DNA of 64,000 nucleotides from Lytechinus pictus (GCF_037042905.1 NC_087258.1:20832001-20896000); one strand, 5' to 3'. Shown: positions 48,324 through 62,217, counted from the first letter of the stretch. Numbers and translations are program-made. The notes: generated from the letters alone by a model not told the origin.

Positions 48324-49258
48324 GGACGTCCCACAGTTATGTTTGTGCGCATTATGATCTGCGCATAGTTTACACTCTGCGCGCTGGCATCACAATGAAT
48401 GAACAGGTGATTAATTAGCTGCAGGTTTGAGCTGATTTTTCTCATCTTCTGCACTTTAACTGCAGATCCTATGAGTTATTTTATGAAACTAAAAAATTGA
48501 ATTATTCCATGGACCATTCAAAAAAAATTCTCTACAATTTCAAAATACTTTACTCTGCAGTGCTGCCAAGAATCACGAATATTACCCCGAGTTTGAATAA
48601 ATGGTAGAGTGGTTTTGATTTTTTCTTCACATAGATACAAAGCATTCGGCGCATTTTTTGTGTTTTAAAAAGCACATTTGCTCTTATAAAAATGCTGATA
48701 GTTTAAAAACAAGCACATGAACCCCTATTTTTTAGTGTTTGTAACTCTTAGGTATACCTTCCTCTACAACTCTGCAAACTTTGGTGAAAATGACATGGAT
48801 TTTGAATAAAGTGCAGCATATATTGTACGTTTGTAGTTTGTTACTGAAATTTCACATTTTTTAGATTGGGATTTTGTTATCTTTTACGCCATTTTTAAGA
48901 ACTGGCAGTGCTGTTAAACTTAAAAATGCAAACAAACAGCACTATAAATAGATTTTCCATTCTAAAGATACAATTATTAACTCTCTTGCGAAATTTGATG
49001 ACTTTTTCATGTATTTTGACTGAGTAATAAAGGTTTAAACTGATTGTAGTAATCTTGGGCGGTCTAAAAATGCCAAATTCTTTTGAATGCGCGATTCTTA
49101 AGAACATCAATTTGGGTGAACTTTGAAGCTCTGTAGCAAAAAATCAAGCACATGGACCTATGTTAATTTTTGCATATTTCGAATATTAAGGTTCTAAAAT
49201 ATCTATGAGCAAAGTTTGGTGAAAATGACATGGATTTCACTTTAACTGTGGAACGTCC
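48324..49258. mobile_element. TTAA-targeting (Kolobok-like) non-autonomous transposon
   Basis: TTAA|GGACGTCCCACAGTTA ... TAACTGTGGAACGTCC|TTAA. Confidence 0.85.
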
Positions 49259-50082
49259 TTAAGTAAACGATTGCTATTCGACTCGTGTACTCAAGTTTTT
49301 ATTACCCGGTGTTCTCTCTCTACATTCAAGTATGTAACCACGATCGCTTCAGATACCAGAATTTGACACCCATTAAAACTGCTAAATATTAGCAGTTTTA
49401 AAAGTCTTTTCTGCAATCGTTACCCCGAATTTGCACCCAACAAATTGGTGTAAAACAAATAACAAAACTAAACCACCCCTTATTTCGAAATTCAAAATGG
49501 AAGTTTAATCAAGTAAAATAGATAATTGTAAACATTGATCTGGAAAAATAAAAATAACAGCTAGCTTTTATTAGTACAAGCCCCAAACGAAGAATTATTT
49601 TCGATTGGGAGTTCAACCGTGCTAAAAAAAATTACACACTAATTCGAGATAAAATTAACGTAGATGGACAACTCCATGCAGGTCGATCTGTGGCTATTTT
49701 CTTTAATAAAATTTCATTGTACTTTGAATTTGATTTATAAATGATTGTTTTTTCTTGTGTAAATATCTCGATTTATATTTTAGAAATGCATGTTATCGAG
49801 TTACTGCTCTCTCTCAGAGGTTATATGAGATGCTCTTGTGTATAGTTATGACCTATATTTAGAACGAGCGAGAAGAGAGTGGAATATGAAGATGATTTAC
49901 TTAAAAACCAAGAACTGCTTATCACTAATTTCGGTTGGAAAAAATTACATGTATAGTCAACACTGTCATATTCTGGTAGAATAGTTCTAATAAATAATCA
50001 CTGAGACATTAACACGAATTCTGAGAGTTTCTAGTAATAAAAAGGGGTTGAGGAAAGGGGGGGGGTGTCATCTCAAATGCAT

Positions 50083-50510
50083 TTGTGTTAAATTTGCTAG
50101 TGACGGCTTACGGTACATGGGTATGTGATATAAGCGTCATAGCGACGAATGTGATGGTAATTATTATGATAGATGATGATGATGATGATGATGATTGTGA
50201 TGAAGATTATTCAAATGATGGTAGCCGTGGCGGTGGTGATGGTGACGATGATGAATATGATGATGATGATGATGAAGGTAGTGTTGGTCCTGGTGGTATT
50301 AATGGGGATAATTTTAATAATGATGGTGGTGAAGATGATAGCGATGATGATGTAACGATGATGAAAGTATTAATGATGATGGTGGTGATGCCGACGACGA
50401 CGATGATAGTGGCACGTGGTGATGAAGATGGTGGTAAAGATAATGATGACGACGATGATGATGATGATGATAGTGGAAATGATGAGGTGATGATGATAGT
50501 TATAACGGAA
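50083..50510. repeat. GAT/GGT-rich low-complexity block; paralogous block starts at ~52037 and continues after 63750
   Basis: Shared unique lead TGTGTTAAATTTGCTA.TGACGGCTTACGGTACATGGG and shared GATGAAGATTATTCAAATGATGGTAGCCGTGG. Confidence 0.85.
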
Positions 50511-51277
50511 TAACCATCGTTAATACACATGGTGATGATAAGCAGATATAGATTTGAAGGAGGATAATTGAGATAAAAATTGTTTTTTGACGCACACGAT
50601 AATCAGAATGAAAATAAAATAAGATTATAATGTTTTCCTTGATCTATACATATATTCAAAAGAGCACATTTATCTCGAATGACCTGACATGTACGGGAAA
50701 TTAAAATGGAAGAGATAAATATTCAAGATAAGGAAGAACTTTAGGTGGACATTTTGATTTAGAAATTATTATTAAAATGGGCCATGTACAAACACCCAGA
50801 GGGAGAAAGGAAATAAATAGAATGGGAGAGAGAGAGAGAAGGGGGGGGGGGGGTGAAAGAAAGGGATAAAAGGGAGAAAGAATTAAAGAAAAAAAAGATA
50901 AGAAATCAGAAAAATAAAGGAGCAAAGATTAAAAGAAGTGTAGGAAAGAAACAACAAAACGATAATATCGGTTTTTCGAAATAATTATCAAGAAAGAAAG
51001 ACTGGTTTCAAAACTGTGTATGATGGCGCTATTCAAACTTCTTGAACGGCGACATTACTTCGGGTACACTTAATACAAGGTCGTTTATGATTGAGAGTGC
51101 GATATCTGTTCTTGATGATTAAATTTTTTTCATTATCGAATTGTAATAAGATAATTGAAAATAAATCATAATTACTCGGATACTGATAGGGCCTACTATA
51201 GCAAAAAATTTAGTAAAAATTCTATTCATCTCTTGACCATGTTAATGAGAATCTTTGTCATCTATTCACTGACAGAC

Positions 51278-51762
51278 CAGCGCTTCTCAACCGATGGGCC
51301 GCGAGAAACTTAAGATGGAGGGGGAAAAATAGGGGAAAACTATAGAAGGGCCTATATTTCACAGACGAGTCCGAACATATGCCCGATCATGGAGTTAGAA
51401 AACTACTTCCATGGTCCGATCGGTCTACGTGGGTCAAACAAAACTAAAACACGCTTAGGTATCATGTATGTTCCAAAGCCTACACATGCACACTATGATG
51501 GTTTAGATATAACCTTGATGTGAACCTCGTGTGCATGCATTTTGTGAATGTAGTTAATTGTCGCCCATTCACCGGACATTTGCGATACAGATTAGTTCTC
51601 AAACTGTTTGTTTCGAATGTGCTTTAGAGATTTGTGTTCAAATTTCACGAAACATTTTTTTTTCATCAAAATTGACGTTTTCTACAAATTTTGGTTGGTG
51701 GGCCTCGAAAAAATTCTGAGAATCACAGTGGTCCTCAAGTAAAAACAAGTTGAGAAGCGCTG
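51278..51762. mobile_element. hAT/Charlie-like MITE
   Basis: TIR CAGCGCTTCTCAAC / GTTGAGAAGCGCTG; TSD not preserved. Confidence 0.65.
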
Positions 51763-51945
51763 TAGCCAGTGTTACAGTGGAACTCCAAAGTTAGTGAACC
51801 CCTCCAAAAAGAACATAATATGTATTTAGATTGTAGTGCTGATGTGTATATTCAACACTCAGCATGAAAACATGCATTTTTGGTGGGGTTCACTAACTTT
51901 TGAGAATGAATAGTGGACAAGGGACGGGAGTCACTATTACTAAGG

Positions 51946-51946
<1 letters not shown>

Positions 51947-52013
<67 letters not shown>
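51947..52013. repeat. (TA)n microsatellite
   Basis: Seen directly in the sequence. Confidence 0.97.
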
Positions 52014-52017
<4 letters not shown>

Positions 52018-53310
52018 AACAAAGCTAGAAAAACATTGTGTTAAATTTGCTAATGACGGCTTACGGTACATGGGTATGTGATATAAGCGTCATAGCGACG
52101 AATGTGATGGTGATTATGATAGACAATGTGATGATGGTGATGATGATGATAATGATGATGATGATGATGGTATAGGTAATGATGATGATGGCATTGNNNN
52201 NNNNNNNNNNNNNNNNNNNNNNNNNNNNNNNNNNNNNNNNNNNNNNNNNNNNNNNNNNNNNNNNNNNNNNNNNNNNNNNNNNNNNNNNNNNNNNNNNNNN
52301 NNNNNNNNNNNNNNNNNNNNNNNNNNNNNNNNNNNNNNNNNNNNNNNNNNNNNNNNNNNNNNNNNNNNNNNNNNNNNNNNNNNNNNNNNNNNNNNNNNNN
52401 NNNNNNNNNNNNNNNNNNNNNNNNNNNNNNNNNNNNNNNNNNNNNNNNNNNNNNNNNNNNNNNNNNNNNNNNNNNNNNNNNNNNNNNNNNNNNATGATTA
52501 CTATGATAGATGATGATGATGGTGGTGATGAAGATTATTCAAATGATGGTAGCCGTGGTGGTGATAGGGGTGGTGGGGATGGTAACGACGGTGACTATGA
52601 GGATGATGGTGGTGATGATGATGGTGGTGGTGGTGATGATAGGTGTTTTGGTAAGAAGCTGAATATATGAGAAAATTTAATCCTTCAGAAAGGCTAAATT
52701 GGAGAGAAGATTAAACTTTGGAAAAAAGTGATTTGTTTTGGATTAAACGCCATATAATTATTATAACGTTTGCTTTAATGATCTACCTCAAAGATACCAT
52801 ATCAAATTTGTCAACACGTCAATTTATAGCAGTGCGCTATCTTCAGCATCAGATTTTTCACGTTCATGAGTTTACGGAGGTGCTGCAGTTCGTCACCTTT
52901 TATGTCCAAATTTCAGCAATGTTAATTTGTGTCCCGTCATAGAAGTAAGTTTCGTAGATTAATCAGATAATAGGGGAGATAATGTGTTGATTATATAATT
53001 ATGACAAGAAACTCAAAGAGAGTTATTGACGAAAAACAGAAGTAAAAATTCATTATAAATATACACGTGAAAAGAGGTTGAAGTTAGAAGACAATTTTTT
53101 GGCTCAAAAGGCTCGTGTGAAATCTAATCACAATTGTCTTAAATGCATATAACTGAAATTTGTGTTATAAAGTAAAAGTTTCAAGATGTCTAAAATCTGA
53201 ATATTTAATTAATGAAAAGCTTCAGTTGAAAGCTTTGTTTAGTTTTTTGGAAGCAACTGGTTATGTTGGAAAATGTGAATATAAACATTTCCAGGAAGTT
53301 TAGTTCGGTT

Positions 53311-54008
53311 CACTCATCATGGGATCAATGCATCTCGCGTGCGAAGGATTCATATGCACATGGTGCACGCGAATTTTTCACACCCTTTTTACTAAAATAA
53401 CTAAGCCATTCCTTTTAAAATAATGTTTCTAATTGTGCTATGACACTTACCGAACCATATGGATCGTTTCTTGTCTTCTCTTTGGTGTGTTTTTAAGAAA
53501 AAAAATTCATTTTCTCGTGATCTTCACGTAGATACCGCAGGGTAATTGTGGTTGTAAACTTTTGCTTAAAGAGGGCGCGCGATATTATTCACAAGATGTT
53601 TGTTTACGGTTCTGCAGCTTGTACTGCTAGCTGCATTTTAGACGCTCAGCATTATTTTCCTCTTTCTGTTTTTTTTTTGCTGTCAAGCGGTATTTTCTAT
53701 TGTAGCGCCATCAGCGATGATGAAATGTAAAGAGTCGCCTTGAAATGAAGAAAAATTATGTCACATTAATTCGTTAGTTTGTTTCCTATTTTTTTTCACT
53801 TTTTTCTTCTTCCTCATCTATGATCAAAGGTGAATACCTTTTTTTGATATAGATGTTCTAAAAGCTGGACATTTTAAATATTTTGTTCAAGTAAATAAAT
53901 CAACAGGATAGTAATCAAAATGCGATAGAGCTGCCCGAGCTGAAGATTCTGATACAAGGACTTGAAAATAAAACATTCTGAGCACTTTTTATAACCATGA
54001 TGAGGAGA

Positions 54009-54062
<54 letters not shown>

Positions 54063-56412
54063 AAGTTATACGTGTACTACAGCTTTGGCAACTCTTTTAN
54101 NNNNNNNNNNNNNNNNNNNNNNNNNNNNNNNNNNNNNNNNNNNNNNNNNNNNNNNNNNNNNNNNNNNNNNNNNNNNNNNNNNNNNNNNNNNNNNNNNNNN
54201 NNNNNNNNNNNNNNNNNNNNNNNNNNNNNNNNNNNNNNNNNNNNNNNNNNNNNNNNNNNNNNNNNAAAATACGTTTTGGGGACTGTTAAATAAGAATTCA
54301 TGAGTGGGATAGGTAACTATCTATTCTATTCTTGTTCGTTTTCTATTATTATTTGTGTGTTGTGTTTATTTTTCTTGAAGCACCAAAAGGTGGACATGTC
54401 CGCTAAGATATATTAACGAAGTCACCATTATCATCACAAGCTAACGGATCAATTAAAATGTGAGCGTGAAACGTATATAAGCTTCTTTTTTTCTTAATTC
54501 AGTCTTAACGATACTTTTTCATCATATTTTAAAGGTGAATCTCATGATTCAAAATGATAAATGCTTGTCGCACGGGCAGAAATAGCGGGACCAATAGTTA
54601 TTTTCAATATTCCGAACTGCATTCTGGACGTTGTATAAGCGCCTTTGTATAACAATTAAAAGGGTAGGTCTATTTACCTTACAAATTATGCGAGCGCTGA
54701 ACTTTTGGACATTTAAACCTCAACAAATGGACATTTTTTAAATATGAACAACATCATAAATGTCACTTACAAAAATGATGCCAGCGCGAAGCTCGCGCTT
54801 AGAGTTTTTGATATTGATGACAGGACTGTATCTAAATGAAAAATAATGCGAGGGCATTTGCGCTTAAGATTTAAATTTGGGATTTGAAAAGTCCGACAGA
54901 TTACCTATACTTTTAAAAGAGGAATGACCTCCAGAATTCAAGCGCGAAGCGCCAGTAGATTTATGTTGAAGTTTAGACCTAGAACAGGGACGTTGAACCT
55001 TTATAATCATGAAAAAGATGGTATTTTTATAAATAAAACATGGGAGTCTAATTTTGTTTTAGTGTTAATATTCAGATCTTCAAACTTGACATTTTCCTAT
55101 CCCCTTCATTATCCCCTCTCCTTCTCCCTTTCCCCATTTTCGTTCTCCCTTCTTTTCTTCTCTCCCTTTCCCTTCCCTTTTTCGCTTTTCCTTTCCCTTC
55201 TTTTCTTTCCTTTCTCCCTCCCCTACTCTTTTCTCGCTCTTTCCATTTTTCTTTCCCTCTCCCTTCCCCTCTTCCTTTCTTTTGTTTTCTTTCTATTTTA
55301 TGGTCTCCTTTTCCCTCTCTCTCCTCTACTTTTCCCCCTCCCCTGATCTGTCTTTTATTGTCTCTCCTTTCCTTTCCCGCCCCCTCCATTCCCTTTCTCG
55401 CTTTTTCCTTTCCCTTCTTTTCTTTCCTTTCTCCCTCCCCTATATACTCTTTTCTCGCTCTTTCCATTTTTCTTTCCCTCTCCCTTCCCCTCTTCCTTTC
55501 CTTTGTTTTCTTTCTATTTTATGGTATCCTTTTCCCTCTCTCTCCTCTACCTTTCCCCCTCCCTTTTCCTTTCCCTTTCCCTCTCCTTTTTTGTGCAAAC
55601 ATTAACACGAACATCTTGCTTCCTACACACACACACAAACGCCCGCAATCTAACACACGTAATGCGAAACAATCGGGACATTATCATTTTGTTCATACAT
55701 ATATATGTATATTTTCTCAATGAACATTTTCATCTATTTAAAGCTTTGAAAATTATCAAACAATGATTCCACAGGCGAAATCTCAATGATCATTAGAAAG
55801 GTACTTTACCCATTTTCATTTTATGTCATTGTGATTATTCCATACTAAGGCAACATATTTTGGATATAAAAATACGTGAAGGATATATGTTCCTCTTCTG
55901 TTTTATACTTTAACAGAAAACATTTTGTTCAACCAAATTATGATTTGTATTTCCAAGTTCCATGTAATATTTTCATCGGAAAATCTCTTAAAGGTCAAGT
56001 GCACCCCAGAAAAAATTGTTTGAATAAATAGAGAACTATGTTGATTTTTGGTACAATTTCCTATTATGCGCCGACGACTTGAATCGAGAATGTTCGATAG
56101 GAAAATTTCGCATTTCGATTGTTGTTTGCGTAATTTCCACCGCAGTACGAAGGATGACTAAGGACGGACCGAGCGAAGTATCCTGGTTGAGATTTGGAGG
56201 TAAGCGATAAAAACACTTTAATAAATAATTTATGATTGCTTTTTGCAATAAACTTGATCATACGATCAAGATAAACATAGTGGACAAATATTGAAAGGTT
56301 TAGCGTAGTTTAGTCCCTCACATTCGTGTGATGGATGAAAACGTCAAAATGCACTATGAAATCACATGTGTTGTGCGAGGTTAGTATACTAACCTCGCAT
56401 GTTGTGTGAGTG
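53311..56412. mobile_element. Unclassified non-autonomous element: 6-bp termini, 9-bp TSD, subterminal hairpin
   Basis: CACTCA...TGAGTG; TSD AGTTCGGTT (53302-10, 56413-21); empty site in the 3' LTR (~62986); palindrome TGCGAGGTTAGTATACTAACCTCGCA at 56374-56399; interior contains (TA)n, a gap and CT-rich repeats. Confidence 0.9.
55095..55590. repeat. Polypyrimidine (CT-rich) low-complexity tract with an internal ~220-bp duplication
   Basis: Seen directly in the sequence. Confidence 0.9.
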
Positions 56413-57224
56413 AGTTCGGTTTGGATTCATAATCTAAGCAAAAGCATGAAAATACAAGACTTCTTTTTTTGTGAGAATGAAGAGACAAAATATCTGGGTT
56501 ATTTTCATATTACAAAGATTATATTGTATTTTTAAAGCATATCTATGCTTAAGACAAGTTGTTCATTGTGAGGTGAAAGTGCATAAATATAGATCTATAC
56601 AAAAGGATACAAAAACATGTTCATGAGTCTGATACATGAACATTTGGTGAATTCATGAAGTGTATTTTGAAGAGGTAGAAATAAGTTTCTGGCAAAACTA
56701 GTTTAGTTCATGAATAATTGCATATACATTTAATTTAGAGAAAAGCAGTTTTAAAAGCTATTAGGGATTTGTTTCGGCATAGTTGGACTCAACTATGCGT
56801 TGATGGCGCCCTGCCAAAATTGGGCATTGATTTTTTATGCCTTTTATATAAGGAGTGATTTTGATAGAAAATAATATTGTCTGCTACATTCAGACTTTCA
56901 GTTGGTTTATATTAGTCTTAATCCATGCTTTTACTATAAACAATGAAAGTCAATCTTGGTCAGAATATTAAGTAATACTTTGATGGACAAATGTAAATGC
57001 ATCAAGACCAGGTTACACAAGATATTCATATTTAAGTGCATGTTTTAATTCAGGATGAGATGACTCAAAATATGCTGTTTTGTTTTATCATTTCAGATTG
57101 AATAAAATCTACAAATCAACACTGTAGAAATATCTCAATTCCATGGTTCACATCTCGGCTTGTTCTGTACTATCCATAAATTCAATTTCTTCGCATACTC
57201 CGGGAATAGTACAAGAAGGACAAG

Positions 57225-60200
57225 ATGGCTGAAAGAGCAGGCGAACTGAAGGTGAAGCGGAGGTCGGCAAAGGGGAAGTTCACAAGGACTTTGAATCAAG
57301 TTCAGGCCCTGATGGACAGTGAAAGATCCAGCAAAGAGGTTGATGAGGGTTTTCAGGAATGTCAGAAATGCTACAAAGATCTGGAAGAGAAGCATGACGT
57401 ATACTGTGAGCTTCTTGATGATTCGGCATATGAATCAGAGCAGGCATGGATAGAAGATTGCATGAATAACTTCATGCAAGTGAAAGCAAAGGTTTGTGAC
57501 TACCTCGAAAACAATAGCATTGGAAATATCAGCTCTGGAGGAGTAAGAAATGCAACTCAATGTAAGGTGCAGGTTGAAAAACCTAAGTTACCCAGGTTTT
57601 CAGGAGATATTAGAGAATATCAAACTTTTAAGTCCGACTTCAAGCATCTCATTGAAACCAGATATGCCGAAAGGGATTGCATAACAATTATGCGTACTAG
57701 CCTGCAAGGGAAACCACTGGAAATAATTCAAGGGATAGGAACCGACTATCAAGCAGCGTGGGAGCAACTTGATATCATGTACGGTGATCCGAGGAATCTA
57801 GCCGATGCTATCATATCTGATATCACAAAGTTCAAGAACTTGAAGGACGGTGAGGATGCAAGGTTCATCGAGTTTGCCGGATTAGTTAGGAGGAGTTACA
57901 ACACTCTGAAACAGATAAATAAGGAAGAGGATATGAACAATTCTCATATGTTGGCGTTGATAGAACGGAAGCTTACAAATGAAGATCGTAAGATTTGGTT
58001 ACGTCTGCAGAGGTCACCCACTTTAAAGGGCTTGATGGACTGGATGAGCGAGGAACTACAGACTCGCATTCGGGCGACTGCATCCATTCGAGAAGGAAGG
58101 TCAGATAACAGGACCAAGCAAGGTGCATCCATACACCAAGTTATGAACCAAGACGAAGGCAATGATGTGGTTCGTAAGCAGGACTTTAAGTGTTGGCACT
58201 GTAAATCCAATGATCACTGGATTGATAAGTGTCAAATGATTATCAGAATGAGCCAACCAGAAAGGTACGACTTGATGAAGGCGAACAGAGCGTGCTTTAG
58301 CTGTCTGAAGCGGGCCAGCAAGGAACACCGCATGACCACATGTAGACGAAGAAGGAAGTGCGACCAATGCCCGTCATATCATCATCCTTTGCTACATTCA
58401 ACAATAGAAAAAAGGGAGTCTACAGTGGACGTGGCAAGTATCGGATCAAGTGAGACTCTGTTACCAATACTGTCAGTCAAGGTTCGAGGTACGAAGGGAG
58501 CGGTCATTGGTAACTGTTTGTTGGACTCTGGGTCTCAAGTGACACTCATCAGGACGGAGATTGCAAAGACACTTAATCTCGAGGGTGATCCAATCCAAGT
58601 CGTGATCACAAAAGTTGGCGGAGACAGAGAGACTGCTGATTCCAAGTTATATCGGGTTAAGCTTGAGTCTTTGGATACCCATAAAGTCATTGTGGTACAA
58701 GCTATCGGACTAGATGTCATCAACGATAACATCACAGGTGTTAATGTTAGAGAGTTAGCAAGGATTTTCCATCTTGACAAACTCTACAGAGGTTCTGGAC
58801 CAATTGATCTACTCATCGGTGCCGACTATGCAAAACTTCATCTTGGGAATGGAAAGCCAAGAGAGAGAGGACATCTAGTTGCTAAGCGAACGCCACTAGG
58901 CTGGGTGGTGTTTGGTGGTAAACCAGGCCAGAAGGGTGGAAACGTACTCAATGTACAAGTAATCAGGAATCCCATTGATCTGCAGGATTTTTGGACGACA
59001 GAGTCTATGGGAGTGGCCTGTCCAGATAAAGAGGTAGATGAACAGAAGTTTATCATCAAGGCTTGTCAGAAGAAAGGACGACAGTGGCTGGTTCCATATC
59101 CATGGCAGAGAAACCCAAAGGAACTGCCAGACAACAAGGTACTGGTGGAAAAAATGCTCTGTGCTACAGAGAAAAGGTTGCTGAAGGATGCCGAGCATGC
59201 CAAAGCCTATGATAATCAAATCAAAGAAATGGTACAGATGGGTTTCGCAAGGAAAATGACAAATGAGGAAATGGAGTCGTATGAGGGCCCTGTGCATTAT
59301 ATTCCTCATCATGCAGTGTTGCGACCGGAAAAGAAGAGCACACCGATAAGAATTGTCTTCAATTCCTCTTCAGTGTATGCTGGCAAGTGTCTCAACGACT
59401 TCTGGATGAAAGGCCCTGACCTCTTAAATAACTTGTTTGGAGTCATCCTACGTTTCCGGGAGAGGTCAGTAGCAGTTTGTGCAGATATCTCAAAAATGTA
59501 CCACAGGGTGCTGATACCCGAGTCTGATCAGCACGTACACAGGTTTTTATGGAGAGATTTGCAAGTGAACAGAAAGCCTGATACGTATGTGATGCAAGTC
59601 GTGACGTTTGGAGATAAGCCGGCTCCAGCAATGGCGCAGACAGCACTGAGACTCACTGCAGAAGAAGGCCGTGCTCAGTCTCCAGAGGCTGCAGATGTAT
59701 TGAAAAGAGATACATACATGGATGACATCTGCACATCTACAGATACGATAGAGCAAGCTAAAGCCTTAACCAAGGACATTGACATGATTCTTGCTGATGG
59801 TGGGTTTAAGGTGAAAGGCTGGACTTCCAACATACAGCTAAAAGGTCCAGAGGCAAACGAAATGGAGAAAACTATGATGGAAAGTCTAGCAGAGGAGAAG
59901 GTGCTAGGAGTCTTCTGGGATAGAGAGAAGGATGAGTTCTCTTACAGAGTGAAAGTTGACAAGTTCATAGATAAGAGACTAACCAAGAGAATCATCCTCA
60001 GTCATGTTGCCCGAATCTTCGATCCGATTGGCTATACAGCACCATTTGTCATCCGGGCAAAAATTGGACTACAGCAACTATGGGAAAATGGCTATGACTG
60101 GGATGCAGTTCTTCCAGATGAATGTCAAATGGAATGGAAAAGATTCTTTCAAGAAATGGAAGAGCTCAAGGAGGTAACATTTGAAAGATGTCTGACTCCG

Positions 60201-61050
60201 AAAGAGGCAGTGGGTAAGCCGCTGCTCTGTATCTTCAGTGATGCTTCGATGCATGCCTTTGGAGCGTGTGCATACCTGAGGTGGGAAATGGATGGTGGAG
60301 GCTACATGACTAGATTTGTGGCAGCAAAATCACGAGTGGCACCACTCAAGCCACTAACAGTTCCACGCCTTGAGCTTCAGGCTGCAGTTCTTGCGAGTAG
60401 GTTATTTAAGACGATATTGGAGGAGCTGAGGATTGAAATTGAGGATGTCATTTTAATGACAGACAGTACGATCGCCCTCTCGTGGATTAGAGGTAGGGCG
60501 AAAACCTTCAAGACGTTTGTTACAACAAAAGTGGGAGAAATCCAGACCAGCACAGACCCCTGCAAATGGAGACACATCTCTGGAGAAAGCAACATAGCAG
60601 ATGTGTTATCAAGAGGACTGAAGGCAAGTGAGCTGGTGGGGTCATGGCAACGGGGTCCAGACTTTCTTCAAAAGTCAGCATCTGATTGGTCCGACGAAGT
60701 TAAGGTTTGTGAGGACCTTCCTGATGTTGAGAAGGAGAGGCGTAACGAGAAGACAGTTCTAAATGTGTCTCAGAGTCATCATCTGATTCATTACGAGAGG
60801 TTCTCTAACTGGAGGAAACTGGTCAGAGTAGCAGCATTGGTGATAAAGTTTGTAAAGAAACTCAAGGCCAGACGGCAGAATCAGGAAAAAGAGACCAGTA
60901 CAAAGATTACGCCCACAGAACTAGATGACGGAGAAAAGTACATCATCAGAGATGTACAAAATGGCATGGAGTCTCGGATCAAGAAAGGAGAGCTGAAGTC
61001 TTTTTTGAGTCCATTCATTGATGACTACGGTATCATACGGGTTGGAGGCA
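57225..61050 (+). CDS. BEL/Pao Gag-Pol polyprotein, part 1 (Gag with triple Cys-His boxes, protease, RT, RNase H)
   Basis: KLPRFSGD; CWHC..H..C, CFSC..H..C, CDQC..HHPLLH; LLDSGSQ; YIPHHAV, GPDLLN, ADISKMY, YMDD; FDPIG, FSDAS, PRLEL, TDS, NIAD. Confidence 0.93.
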
Positions 61051-62217
61051 TTCGAGCAGAAGCATCCTGCCCTGCTTCCATATGGACATCATGTTTCAAG
61101 ACTGATTACTCGTCATGTACATGAGACGAGTCACAGTGGAGTAGCTGCAACCATGGCAAAGATAAGACTGAAATACTGGATTCTTCATGGTCACAAACTT
61201 GCCAAGACAGTTAAGTATAGATGTACCAGGTGCAGAGTGTTTCAGCACAAGACAGAGACCCAACAGATGTCAGACCTACCAAAAGAGAGATTGGCCCCAA
61301 GTACACCACCATTCCACTTCACTTCATGTGATTATTTCGGGCCGCTAACGGTGAAAGTGGGACGTAACAAGACATCAAAATATTATGGTGTGATATTCAC
61401 CTGCTTGAACACTCGTGCTGTTCATCTGGAACTGGCAGTGGATTGTAGTACGATGGAATTCATACAGGTGCTAAGACGTTTCTTCTCTATCAGAGGACAA
61501 CCAACGATGATCATGAGCGACAATGGTACCCAGTTCATAGGTGCAGAACGAGAACTAAGGAAGATGACGGAAGGAATGTCTGACAACGAGCTGAAGGACT
61601 TTTGTGCAGAGAGAGGCACTACATGGAAGTTTGTAACTCCAGGGGCACCACATCAAAACGGGTGCGCCGAATCTTTGGTCAAGAGCTGCAAGCATGCATT
61701 GAAAAGGGCGATAGGTGATCAAGTGTTGTCGCCTTTTGAACTGTATACATGCTTAGTGGAGGTATCGAATCTTGTCAACCAAAGACCTATCGGCCGACTT
61801 CCAACTGATCCAGACGATGGCAGCTATATCTCACCGAACGACATGCTTCTAGGACGAGCTTCGGGGAGCGTAGCGCAAGGCCCATTCTTGAAGACGCGAA
61901 ATCCAAGACACAGAGTGGAACTGGTTCAGCGCATTGTAGATTCTTTCTGGCAACGGTGGACAAGGGATGTTTTGCCACTGTTAGCTCCAAGAAGGAAGTG
62001 GAATGTTCATCGACGCAATGTCTGCATTGGGGATGTAGTAATGCTCGCCGACATGAACTCTATACGCAGCAAGTGGACAATCGCTCGCGTGATTGAAGTT
62101 TACCCAGGTGACGACGGTAAAGTGCGGAATGTGAAAGTAAAGACTATGAACTCTGAATATCGTCGCCCAGTAACCAAGTTAGCAGTAATCTACCCTGTTG
62201 AGGGATACGAAGATTAG
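61051..62217 (+). CDS. BEL/Pao integrase, separated from the polyprotein by a frameshifting deletion
   Basis: HHCC (HVHETSH..CTRC), DYFGP, SDNGTQF, PHQNGCAESLVK, N.RP, YRRPVTKL. Confidence 0.9.
   Translation, partial: FEQKHPALLPYGHHVSRLITRHVHETSHSGVAATMAKIRLKYWILHGHKLAKTVKYRCTRCRVFQHKTETQQMSDLPKERLAPSTPPFHFTSCDYFGPLTVKVGRNKTSKYYGVIFTCLNTRAVHLELAVDCSTMEFIQVLRRFFSIRGQPTMIMSDNGTQFIGAERELRKMTEGMSDNELKDFCAERGTTWKFVTPGAPHQNGCAESLVKSCKHALKRAIGDQVLSPFELYTCLVEVSNLVNQRPIGRLPTDPDDGSYISPNDMLLGRASGSVAQGPFLKTRNPRHRVELVQRIVDSFWQRWTRDVLPLLAPRRKWNVHRRNVCIGDVVMLADMNSIRSKWTIARVIEVYPGDDGKVRNVKVKTMNSEYRRPVTKLAVIYPVEGYED

Larger units (their letters stand above)
52644..57176 (+). repeat. 5' LTR, interrupted by a 3.1-kb insertion
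   Basis: Matches the 3' LTR on both sides of 53311-56421. Confidence 0.95.

Noticed and set aside
50085-50530. Asp-rich acidic protein (biomineralisation-like)
   Set aside because: It is GAT microsatellite DNA with no signal peptide or splice context; the paralogous block is not frame-conserved and is interrupted by the BEL element.
54924-55766. Phe/Leu/Ser-rich membrane-protein-like ORFs
   Set aside because: They are translations of a CT-rich low-complexity tract.
53311-56412. Helitron
   Set aside because: It has a clear 9-bp TSD and lacks TC...CTRR ends.
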